A DNA stretch of 64,000 nt, from positions 1-64,000 of the IMG/VR virus record IMGVR_UViG_3300017731_002846; one strand, written 5' to 3'. Numbering within the stretch: the stretch's first letter is position 1; each line of letters begins with the position of its first letter. Under the pieces are notes generated by a model. It searched no databases, was not told where the DNA came from, and worked only from the letters and a program-made list of their open reading frames with translations. The position numbers and the translations under genes are program-made. Below, piece by piece: positions 39,346-46,792 of the stretch. The DNA comes from a virus.

Positions 39346-39527
39346 TTCCATTTACAATAATTTGGGTTTTCAGATCTTTTCCTGCGCATATATTCTTTTT
39401 TTTGCTCTCTGCGCTTATCTAAATTTTCATTATCATATTTTTCTTGAGCTTTTTTTTGTGCAGCCTTGCCCTTTTCTGATTTCCTGTATTTTGACTGAGA
39501 GTCCATAATGTATATAGTCCACTGCGG

Positions 39528-40118
39528 TCAAGCTGTCGCATGTAAATTTTTTTTAATTTGAAGATTTTCGACCAAACCAGAATTTAATATACAATCATTG
39601 CAATGGTCAAGATAATTTTCTTGGAATGTAGGCCAAGAAATTTTGTGATCAATTAAATGTTTAAGCAGTTCGTATTGCTCTTTCTCATCTTTATTGGCAG
39701 GGCCGACACCTTCTCGGTTGACATTAATTAATATGCCCCCCTTGTTCTTGATCCATTTAGCCTCGTTAAGAAAGCGAACATCCGTAATGAAGACATGTTT
39801 ATTAAGACCCAAGTCAAGATCTATGCCGTCAGAAATTTTTTCGATCCAGCAGTTTTCATTTAACTTGCGCCTAACATCAGTGCCGTAAGTGACTAGTAAT
39901 GGGCGAACAATTTCTTTCTCTTGATTGTTTTCGGTAAAAGCAGAAATGCCAGTATATTTAACAAGCAATTCATCAAGCTCGTTTTTTAATGCATCTGCGA
40001 AAGAGTAGCGCTTTGACTCTTCGCCAACTGAAGACAAGATTTGCTTGCAGCGTTCATAGAAAGTATCTTTGCCTGAACGGGCAAAGCCGGATATTCCAAT
40101 TAATTTATTATTCATCAT
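39528..40118 (-). CDS. deoxynucleoside monophosphate kinase
   Basis: GFARSGKDT, FADALK, ITDVRFLNE. Confidence 0.88.
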   Translation of the reverse strand: MMNNKLIGISGFARSGKDTFYERCKQILSSVGEESKRYSFADALKNELDELLVKYTGISAFTENNQEKEIVRPLLVTYGTDVRRKLNENCWIEKISDGIDLDLGLNKHVFITDVRFLNEAKWIKNKGGILINVNREGVGPANKDEKEQYELLKHLIDHKISWPTFQENYLDHCNDCILNSGLVENLQIKKNLHATA

Positions 40119-40348
40119 CTAAAAGAATGTCGTCAGATTCAAAATTACCATCATTAGTTAATTCTATAATCTTCTCTTGTAAAGCCCCTATCATGGTTAT
40201 TGTGTTGATATCAAATTCATGTAAGTATCTCTCGACTAAATTGTCGATATCAAATCTAAATGCATCTGTTTGTTCGTCGTAATCCATGACCTTGTTATAT
40301 TATAATATATAGTCCACTATAATTCAATTGATCTGTTGGAAAATTTTT

Positions 40349-41119
40349 TCAATTCACAACTTTGCTATACTGTATATACTCAAAAGAGCTTTGTAGGTTT
40401 GTTTTATTTAATTCAAAAGCAGGGAGATTGTCCCAATTTTTAAATTCTGTACCGCCAACCTTTTGATATCTACTGAATGCTTTAATTTCTTCGACAGGGT
40501 TAATGTCAAGCCTGCCTGCATACTCATAAGCATGGTATAAATAATATTTCATATGGTTCGGGCAAAGAATAAATAAAAACATTTCCTCTTCAAGAATGCG
40601 ATCCCATTTGCCATACCTTAGATGAAATACATCTCGTTCCAGAGAGTAGCCTAAGTTGTCTACTGCAAGCTCAATAGAAGCATTACCAAGGGTGAAGTCG
40701 GCCCCAGAGTTAATAGACTTGCCCTTCTCTAACATATAATCATAGTCACATCCAGATTTCTCAAGCCCGAAATTTTTAAAAATAATTAATTCAAATATCC
40801 ATCCAATAATTAAATCAAAAGCAAAATCTTGCTTGTTTCTTCCTTGTAGATTTCTGTTATGATTGAATAAATTGTCTATATATTGCTGGCTTTTTTTTGT
40901 GTGACATTTAAAGAAGATAGAGGCGAAAAGATAAGGGACAAATTTGCAATCCCCTTCTCTGCATAAAAATATCTTTAGGTCTTGTTCAAAATTAAATGCA
41001 TCAACCAAAGCCCAAACTGACCTGAATTTTTTAATACTTGAGTGGTTTGTAAGCCGAGAACTACGAGTGGAAAATAACTCGCCCAGAGTATTCTTTAAAT
41101 TAACTTCGTCAATTATCAT
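40349..41119 (-). CDS. putative PD-(D/E)XK-like restriction endonuclease
   Basis: ATGA-coupled to the MTase; GWIFE...ADF...IEL pattern. Confidence 0.5.
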   Translation of the reverse strand: MIIDEVNLKNTLGELFSTRSSRLTNHSSIKKFRSVWALVDAFNFEQDLKIFLCREGDCKFVPYLFASIFFKCHTKKSQQYIDNLFNHNRNLQGRNKQDFAFDLIIGWIFELIIFKNFGLEKSGCDYDYMLEKGKSINSGADFTLGNASIELAVDNLGYSLERDVFHLRYGKWDRILEEEMFLFILCPNHMKYYLYHAYEYAGRLDINPVEEIKAFSRYQKVGGTEFKNWDNLPAFELNKTNLQSSFEYIQYSKVVN

Positions 41120-42264
41120 AAGAAGTGAAATTCAAGCTGAGAATTATCTAAAGAAGGAGAAGGTTGCAAAGGAATTGACATTACCATGGCCAAAGCCATC
41201 TTTGGCAAGAACAGTTCGCCAAGAACCTTTCGTATAAAATTAGGAGAGTATTTATAACTAAATGTTCCGTCAGAATTTATACTGCAAAATTTATCAAGGC
41301 AATCGGTTGGTAGCCCGCAAAGAGCTAGTATTTCTCGAACCGAAAGCACTCGAGCGTCAGACTGAGTACCATCCGAAAGCTTGTGGCCGGGATGCACATT
41401 GTTTTGACTTGAGATAGACCCATTGGTCATAGTAACTGTTGGAGCAGGGTCATTCCAACTCATTCTTTTATAGGTGGTTTTAAAGCCAGATATAACTCTT
41501 TTTTGCCCATCCTCTACAACATGCGGGAAATGTACTGGATTGTTAAATGCAGTTTCGCCTTCTGACGTATGCTTCATCCAATCAATATGATTTTTATTAT
41601 GCTTGGATGCAAAATGCCAAGGCATGTTAGAATGCTGACCACTCTCTAAACTTGGAAATTCTGATGAGTCACCTATAACGTCTTTAAGCGTTAATAGATC
41701 GTCTTCTGCCCCTGGGTGCTCCCATTCTCCGTTTTCGGAGATTAAGCATATAGATCTACTACGAGATTGAGCCGTGCCAAAATGCTTGCCGTTCAAAACT
41801 TTTGATTTGCACTTGTGATTATTTGGAATCTTTGAATTTATAAAATCAATAATTCTTACAGGCTCATCTTCGTAATTAATATATGTATTAAGCATTGCAG
41901 GAACATTCTCAATCATCATATATTTAGGCTTGAGGGACTCATAGATTTCCATAGCATAAACAATAAGTTTATTTCTGATGTCATCTGATGACCTCTGTGC
42001 ATTTGCTATGCTCATGCCTTGACAAGGGGGAGTGGCAATAATTAAATCTATTGGCCCGGCTTCTTCGCATGCTTGAATAATCGATGCCCTAGTCGATGCC
42101 TTGCATATATCCCCGCAAATAACATGAGAAGTATCAGGGTATAATTCTTTATAAAAATCAACACGATCTTGTAGTAGTTCATTCGCAACCACTACATTAA
42201 ATCCGTGCTCTTTTAAATAGAACTCACCGAAACCTACATTAGCAAATAAAGATAAAACTTTCAT
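41116..42264 (-). CDS. DNA (cytosine-5)-methyltransferase
   Basis: LSLFANVG, TPPCQG, ENV, QSRSR; start revised to MKVLS. Confidence 0.93.
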   Translation of the reverse strand: MKVLSLFANVGFGEFYLKEHGFNVVVANELLQDRVDFYKELYPDTSHVICGDICKASTRASIIQACEEAGPIDLIIATPPCQGMSIANAQRSSDDIRNKLIVYAMEIYESLKPKYMMIENVPAMLNTYINYEDEPVRIIDFINSKIPNNHKCKSKVLNGKHFGTAQSRSRSICLISENGEWEHPGAEDDLLTLKDVIGDSSEFPSLESGQHSNMPWHFASKHNKNHIDWMKHTSEGETAFNNPVHFPHVVEDGQKRVISGFKTTYKRMSWNDPAPTVTMTNGSISSQNNVHPGHKLSDGTQSDARVLSVREILALCGLPTDCLDKFCSINSDGTFSYKYSPNFIRKVLGELFLPKMALAMVMSIPLQPSPSLDNSQLEFHFL

Positions 42265-42270
42265 ATAAAT

Positions 42271-42318
42271 AAAAAAAAGAGGATCAGCCATTATAGCTGA
42301 TCCTCTTAGAGAAGTCAA
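42271..42318 (-). terminator. intrinsic terminator overlapping a sigma70 promoter
   Basis: 12-bp stem 42277-42288/42296-42307 plus T-run; TTGACT-17-TATAAT with the -10 in the loop. Confidence 0.8.
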
Positions 42319-42331
42319 GAGTAAATATTAT

Positions 42332-42592
42332 TTATTTACTCTTTGAGCATTGCCCTTCGGTGCAGCTAAGTTTGCTAACCAAGGCAACTACAAGGATTAA
42401 GGTCACAAAAGAAGTGAACCCAGCTCCAGCTCCCACGAAACCGCCAAGCAAAGCTTCGAGATTACCGATAACATTAACAGGAGCAGCAGCTCCGAATACA
42501 GCTTGAACTACAATCAAGAGCCCAAGAACACTAAGAAGTGTTGCGGCAATTCCTTTTACCGCACATGTGATATTACTTAATACGTCTTTCAT
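42332..42592 (-). CDS. small two-TM membrane protein
   Basis: Two hydrophobic segments. Confidence 0.8.
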   Translation of the reverse strand: MKDVLSNITCAVKGIAATLLSVLGLLIVVQAVFGAAAPVNVIGNLEALLGGFVGAGAGFTSFVTLILVVALVSKLSCTEGQCSKSK

Positions 42593-42618
42593 ATTTTTAT
42601 TTTTATTTTAGGGTTAAA

Positions 42619-43266
42619 TTAGAATTGAAATGTAAGTGCGCCAGCAAATACAAACTCACGATCAATGTCGTCGGAATCAACCAGGTCGACACCTAAAGAT
42701 GCGACAGCAGAACCAATCGAGCGAGATAGTTCAGCTCCTACAGAATAGTAGTCACGAGAATTAGACTCTGTCACTTCGGTATTACCAATGCTTGCATCAA
42801 GGCCTAGATCAGCAATCTTTAAATCAATGTCGTGAGAGACCGAACCTTCAAATGTATAAAGCTCGTCATCAATATTGCGGAAAACAGCCAAAGATGGATC
42901 GAGCAAAGAATCAACAGAGATCTTTACTGCCACTTCAGACAAGGCAGATCCTGGAACATCTTCAAAGTGATTGAATCCTACATAGGTAGATAGGAGTCCA
43001 TCGAGAACACTTGTTCCAAGTCCGGCAGCTAATCCATAACTGTCGACACCAGAATCAACCGATTGGTTGGTGCATGCATGAATCGATGCATCTAGACCTG
43101 CGACTTGTGCCCCGACATCAATCGATGATTGAAAGGACTCAAGGGCTTTTTGCTCTCCACGATAGAAGAAGTCAGAGGCATACCCAACCTTTGCAGAATT
43201 GCCAAGAACGGCGACGTTAGTAAGAAGCCCGAGGGCTGTGAACAATGATACGATTTTAATTTTCAT
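42619..43266 (-). CDS. outer-membrane beta-barrel (TorF-like putative porin)
   Basis: Signal peptide, ASDFFYRG, C-terminal LTFQF. Confidence 0.8.
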   Translation of the reverse strand: MKIKIVSLFTALGLLTNVAVLGNSAKVGYASDFFYRGEQKALESFQSSIDVGAQVAGLDASIHACTNQSVDSGVDSYGLAAGLGTSVLDGLLSTYVGFNHFEDVPGSALSEVAVKISVDSLLDPSLAVFRNIDDELYTFEGSVSHDIDLKIADLGLDASIGNTEVTESNSRDYYSVGAELSRSIGSAVASLGVDLVDSDDIDREFVFAGALTFQF

Positions 43267-43283
43267 ATATTTTAGGGTTAAAT

Positions 43284-43874
43284 TTATTTTATTCTAACTT
43301 CTTTCCAAGCGATTAGTTTGCCTTTTACAAGATCCCTAATATGCCTTTGCTTTTTATTAAGCTGGCTATTACCACTTTTAATTTCGATGAATGTGATTTC
43401 ATCATCTCCGAATGATATATAATCAATCGGCTTGCCAAGGAATGTACAGTTTTCGGGGTCAAAATCAAATTGATCTAGGAATGGAGCCAGCGTTTCAGCT
43501 ATGTGGCCTAATCGAACTTCACTGCTTTTCTTTTGAGAAGTAACTTTGCGGCGAGCCTCAGTTTCTTCTGACAGTTGTTTCTCTAGATCAGAAAATTCTT
43601 GTAAAAGTTTTTGTTCTTTTAATTGTATTTCAAGCTTGCGTTCTTTGATTGACTCCTGTTCTTTATCGAAACTAGATTGTAAATTTTGTATAGTTTGATT
43701 AAGTTGAGATTCGCGCTCTTGAAATTCAGAATGATTTTGGGTTAATTGATTCTTTAAAAATTCGTTTTCTCGATTTAAAGATTCAGCATTAAATTGTTTT
43801 TGTTTTAAATAATATATTTTATAACTTGTAAATATTATACAACCTACGAGGAAGATTTCTATAAAAAAATTCAA
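43284..43874 (-). CDS. TM/coiled-coil protein with a Holliday junction resolvase-like (Endonuc_Holl) domain
   Basis: LGHIAETLAPFL, FLGKPIDYISF, FIEIKSG. Confidence 0.8.
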   Translation of the reverse strand: MNFFIEIFLVGCIIFTSYKIYYLKQKQFNAESLNRENEFLKNQLTQNHSEFQERESQLNQTIQNLQSSFDKEQESIKERKLEIQLKEQKLLQEFSDLEKQLSEETEARRKVTSQKKSSEVRLGHIAETLAPFLDQFDFDPENCTFLGKPIDYISFGDDEITFIEIKSGNSQLNKKQRHIRDLVKGKLIAWKEVRIK

Positions 43875-43877
43875 AAC

Positions 43878-44123
43878 TCACTTTTTAGCCAAAGAAATAA
43901 TTCTGTCATGCCTAAATGATCTAACAGATTTTCTGGCAAAACAATAAGCCCTAAAGCCTGCATTGTCTCTTTGTTCTCCCTTATTACCGAAGGATTTGTA
44001 TAAATTAATATCACCTATTAAATAAGTTTTAATTTTATCATTATGGTTTCTGTATACTACATAGTATTTGTCACCAATAAGACTGCTTTTAATTTTTTTT
44101 AATTTATTAAGAAATGTTCTCAT
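43878..44123 (-). CDS. stand-alone WYL-like protein
   Basis: AYCFARKSVRSFRHDRI. Confidence 0.65.
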   Translation of the reverse strand: MRTFLNKLKKIKSSLIGDKYYVVYRNHNDKIKTYLIGDINLYKSFGNKGEQRDNAGFRAYCFARKSVRSFRHDRIISLAKK

Positions 44124-44323
44124 TATTTTAATTTAATATTGTTGTTTTCACAAAAAGATACCGCATAACCAGTTTTAAAAGAGAACTTATCAATAAAAAT
44201 ACAAGCTCCAATGATTAACGTTGACCTGAGGATATCTAAATTAGACTCATAGAATAATAAAAAAAATATTATTATGTATGGGCAAAATTTATTTAAGGAG
44301 TAATTCACTATTATATTATTCAT
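44123..44323 (-). CDS. small membrane protein
   Basis: ORF track. Confidence 0.6.
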   Translation of the reverse strand: MNNIIVNYSLNKFCPYIIIFFLLFYESNLDILRSTLIIGACIFIDKFSFKTGYAVSFCENNNIKLK

Positions 44324-44751
44324 TATCTTCCTGAACTACCAAAGCCACCTTGGCCACGAGTGCTAAAACTTAATACATCAGTTTCGATTAATTGAACCGC
44401 CGGCATGCGGATGAAGACAATTTGACCAACCCTGTCCCCTATTTTATAACAAGTATTGCTCTCGTCTAAAGAAAAACGTAACTTAAGTTCTCCCCTATAA
44501 CCGCAATCTATAACACCAACAGAGTTTCTTAAGAAGTGTTTTGTTCCACTAATACTAGAGCGTGGAAAAATAAATCCGGCATATCCTTTGGGTATTTCCA
44601 ATGAAATACCTGTGCAGATTTCCACGAACACACCAGCAGACCCAGAAGGGTGAGTAACCGCAGTTGCATATAAGTCAAAGCCAGCGTCCTTAGGGTTGGC
44701 TTGAGTAGGAACCTTAGCCGCAGGGTTTAATCTTTGAAATTTTACTTTCAT
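44323..44751 (-). CDS. dut: dUTPase
   Basis: AGFDL, PRSS, GVIDCGYRGE, RGQGGFGSSG. Confidence 0.96.
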   Translation of the reverse strand: MKVKFQRLNPAAKVPTQANPKDAGFDLYATAVTHPSGSAGVFVEICTGISLEIPKGYAGFIFPRSSISGTKHFLRNSVGVIDCGYRGELKLRFSLDESNTCYKIGDRVGQIVFIRMPAVQLIETDVLSFSTRGQGGFGSSGR

Positions 44752-44963
44752 TAATAAACTTTATGTGGGGAGTTGGTCTGGATTATTGCGACTTTATTAA
44801 GAGTGGTCTTGTCCCACCTCTTTAACATGTCGCAAAGCCTCAAAGCACGGCTTTCTGCCTCTGATTTAACACGATAATTAGTGTCTTCAATTCTGCGACC
44901 ATCTCTGGTTACAACATAAAAGCTATCACTATCTTTTGATACATTTCTTCGGATTAATTTCAT
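44751..44963 (-). CDS. hypothetical protein
   Basis: ORF track; TTGACA-17-TAAACT upstream. Confidence 0.7.
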   Translation of the reverse strand: MKLIRRNVSKDSDSFYVVTRDGRRIEDTNYRVKSEAESRALRLCDMLKRWDKTTLNKVAIIQTNSPHKVY

Positions 44964-45053
44964 ATGGAGAACAGTTTACCAGAAAAACTAAGAACTGTCA
45001 AGTTTTTAAAAAAAAAAATTCGATTTATAGGATAAATACTGTAATATAAAAAT

Positions 45054-45860
45054 ATGACAAAGAGAAAAATTCTTATTATGGGCTTACCAGGATCAGGCAA
45101 AACTACTTTAGCTGAAATCTTAGTAAGAAAATTAAATGCCGCATGGTTTAATGCAGATGCAGTAAGACAAGAGATCCACAAGGACTTAGGTTTCACTGCA
45201 GAAGACAGGCTCGAGCATTCAACTCGCATGGGCAAACTATGTGATTGGGCAAAACTCGGGGGGTCTTATGTAATCGCAGACTTTGTATGCCCAACTAAAG
45301 AAGCAAGGGAAGCTTTTAATCCTGACTTCGTCATCTGGGTAGATAGAATTCAAGAAGGTAGATATGCAGATACAAACAAAATGTTTGAAAAACCAGAAAA
45401 TGCTGACGTTATATTAAAAGAAGGAACTCCTGACGAATGGGCAGAGCAAGCACTCGAAGGTTTATATAAAACAGAAGCATGGGACGATCAAGCCCCAACC
45501 GCATTACTCATAGGCCGGTATCAACCTTTTCATATCGGACACAAAACATTAGTAGCAGAGTCTGTTAAAAGAACAGGTCAATGCTGTATAGCTCTAAGAA
45601 ACGTGGCAGGTATAGATGAGAAAAATCCATACAATTTCGAGCAAGTTAAAAAAGAAATCGAAGCCGCTTGTGTTGAGTTTGGAGATAAAATAAAAATCGT
45701 TGAACTGCCAAACATTACAGATATATTTTATGGACGCGGAGTTGGTTACAATATCGAGCAACTTGAATTAAGCAAAGAACTGCAAGCAGTTTCGGCAACT
45801 AAAATCCGTGCAGGAGAAATCGGACAAGATGGTAAACCATTAGGCAAGAGGCCCGAATAA
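45054..45860 (+). CDS. cysC: adenylyl-sulfate kinase-like domain fused to a HIGH-family nucleotidyltransferase
   Basis: GLPGSGKTT, NADAVR, LGFTAEDR; C-terminal GRYQPFHIGH...SATKIR. Confidence 0.82.
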   Translation: MTKRKILIMGLPGSGKTTLAEILVRKLNAAWFNADAVRQEIHKDLGFTAEDRLEHSTRMGKLCDWAKLGGSYVIADFVCPTKEAREAFNPDFVIWVDRIQEGRYADTNKMFEKPENADVILKEGTPDEWAEQALEGLYKTEAWDDQAPTALLIGRYQPFHIGHKTLVAESVKRTGQCCIALRNVAGIDEKNPYNFEQVKKEIEAACVEFGDKIKIVELPNITDIFYGRGVGYNIEQLELSKELQAVSATKIRAGEIGQDGKPLGKRPE

Positions 45861-46162
45861 TGGCATACGTAGTAACTGAAAAATGCGTGGACTGTAAGTT
45901 TACTAGCTGCGTTTCGGTATGCCCTGTAGATGCTTTTCACGAAACCCCAGATCGTTTATACATCAATCCAGAGTCCTGCATTGACTGCAATGCCTGTATG
46001 GATGAATGCCCTGTCGAAGCCATATACCCAGACATGGATGTGCCTGAGGAATTACAAGATTGGATCGAGCTAAACGAGCAAGCAGAGGAATACCCTCAAT
46101 TGTTTGGGGAGAAAGAGCCTCTCAAGGGCCCTAAATGCGTTGACCCACAAGCGGACGAATAA
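45860..46162 (+). CDS. dicluster (FdxA-like) ferredoxin
   Basis: CVDC...CVSVCPVD; CIDCNACMDECPVEAI. Confidence 0.93.
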   Translation: MAYVVTEKCVDCKFTSCVSVCPVDAFHETPDRLYINPESCIDCNACMDECPVEAIYPDMDVPEELQDWIELNEQAEEYPQLFGEKEPLKGPKCVDPQADE

Positions 46163-46198
46163 ATTATTACCCGTTAGCAAAAGCTAACTCTTCAAGAG

Positions 46199-46227
46199 AA
46201 AAAGCCCCCTAGCAATAGGGGGCTTTA
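46199..46227. terminator. bidirectional intrinsic terminator
   Basis: AAAGCCCCCTA-GCAA-TAGGGGGCTTT between convergent genes. Confidence 0.88.
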
Positions 46228-46380
46228 TTATTTAGATTTTTTCTTAGTCTTTTTAGACTGCATACAGACAGCGATCCTCTGCTTTACATCAGGATACTCT
46301 TTTCGCATGACCTTGTCAGCAATACATCTTGACATAAATCCAGAATCTGTTTCTGTTTTTGTTTTCTTTGGGATAGGCAT
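46228..46380 (-). CDS. 50-aa basic phage protein (not in ORF track)
   Basis: MPIPKK...FMSRCIAD...EYPDVKQRIAVC. Confidence 0.7.
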   Translation of the reverse strand: MPIPKKTKTETDSGFMSRCIADKVMRKEYPDVKQRIAVCMQSKKTKKKSK

Positions 46381-46392
46381 AATAAATTAAAA

Positions 46393-46756
46393 TGGTGGAC
46401 GTGGCGGTAGTCGAAACCGCGTCTTTAAATCTTCAAGAAATATACATCTACAAGTTTAGTTTATTTTTTTTATAGTTATGATATAAACATCTAACTACTC
46501 GTTTCAGTTATTTACAGTTTGTGGAACAAGTAAACTTTTTCTGTTTTGCAGATACATAACCCCGCAATCTCAATATCTGCGTCAAGAGTTACGAGGTAGC
46601 GGATACTAGGCCGCTAAAGCAAGCTCTTCGCTTTTAGGCGAGTAAGCTTTGATACGTGACTTATTGCCATGTAAACTTTTGTGCCTTTTTAAGGAGCCAG
46701 ACACACTCCTACTTGCAGTATACCAATTCAATTTAAATCAAATCCAGTACACGCCC
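46393..46756 (-). ncRNA. ssrA: tmRNA
   Basis: 5' GGGCGTG pairs with CACGTCC-A-CCA (G3:U pair), T-arm GCGGT-TTCGACT-ACCGC, internal tag ORF GNKSRIKAYSPKSEELALAA* at 46668-46606. Confidence 0.93.
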
Positions 46757-46792
46757 ATAAAATATTAAAGAACTAAATAATAATTACACTAG

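Noticed and set aside
46393-46425. Stand-alone tRNA
   Set aside because: The acceptor stem partner is 364 nt away and a tag ORF lies between, so it is a tmRNA
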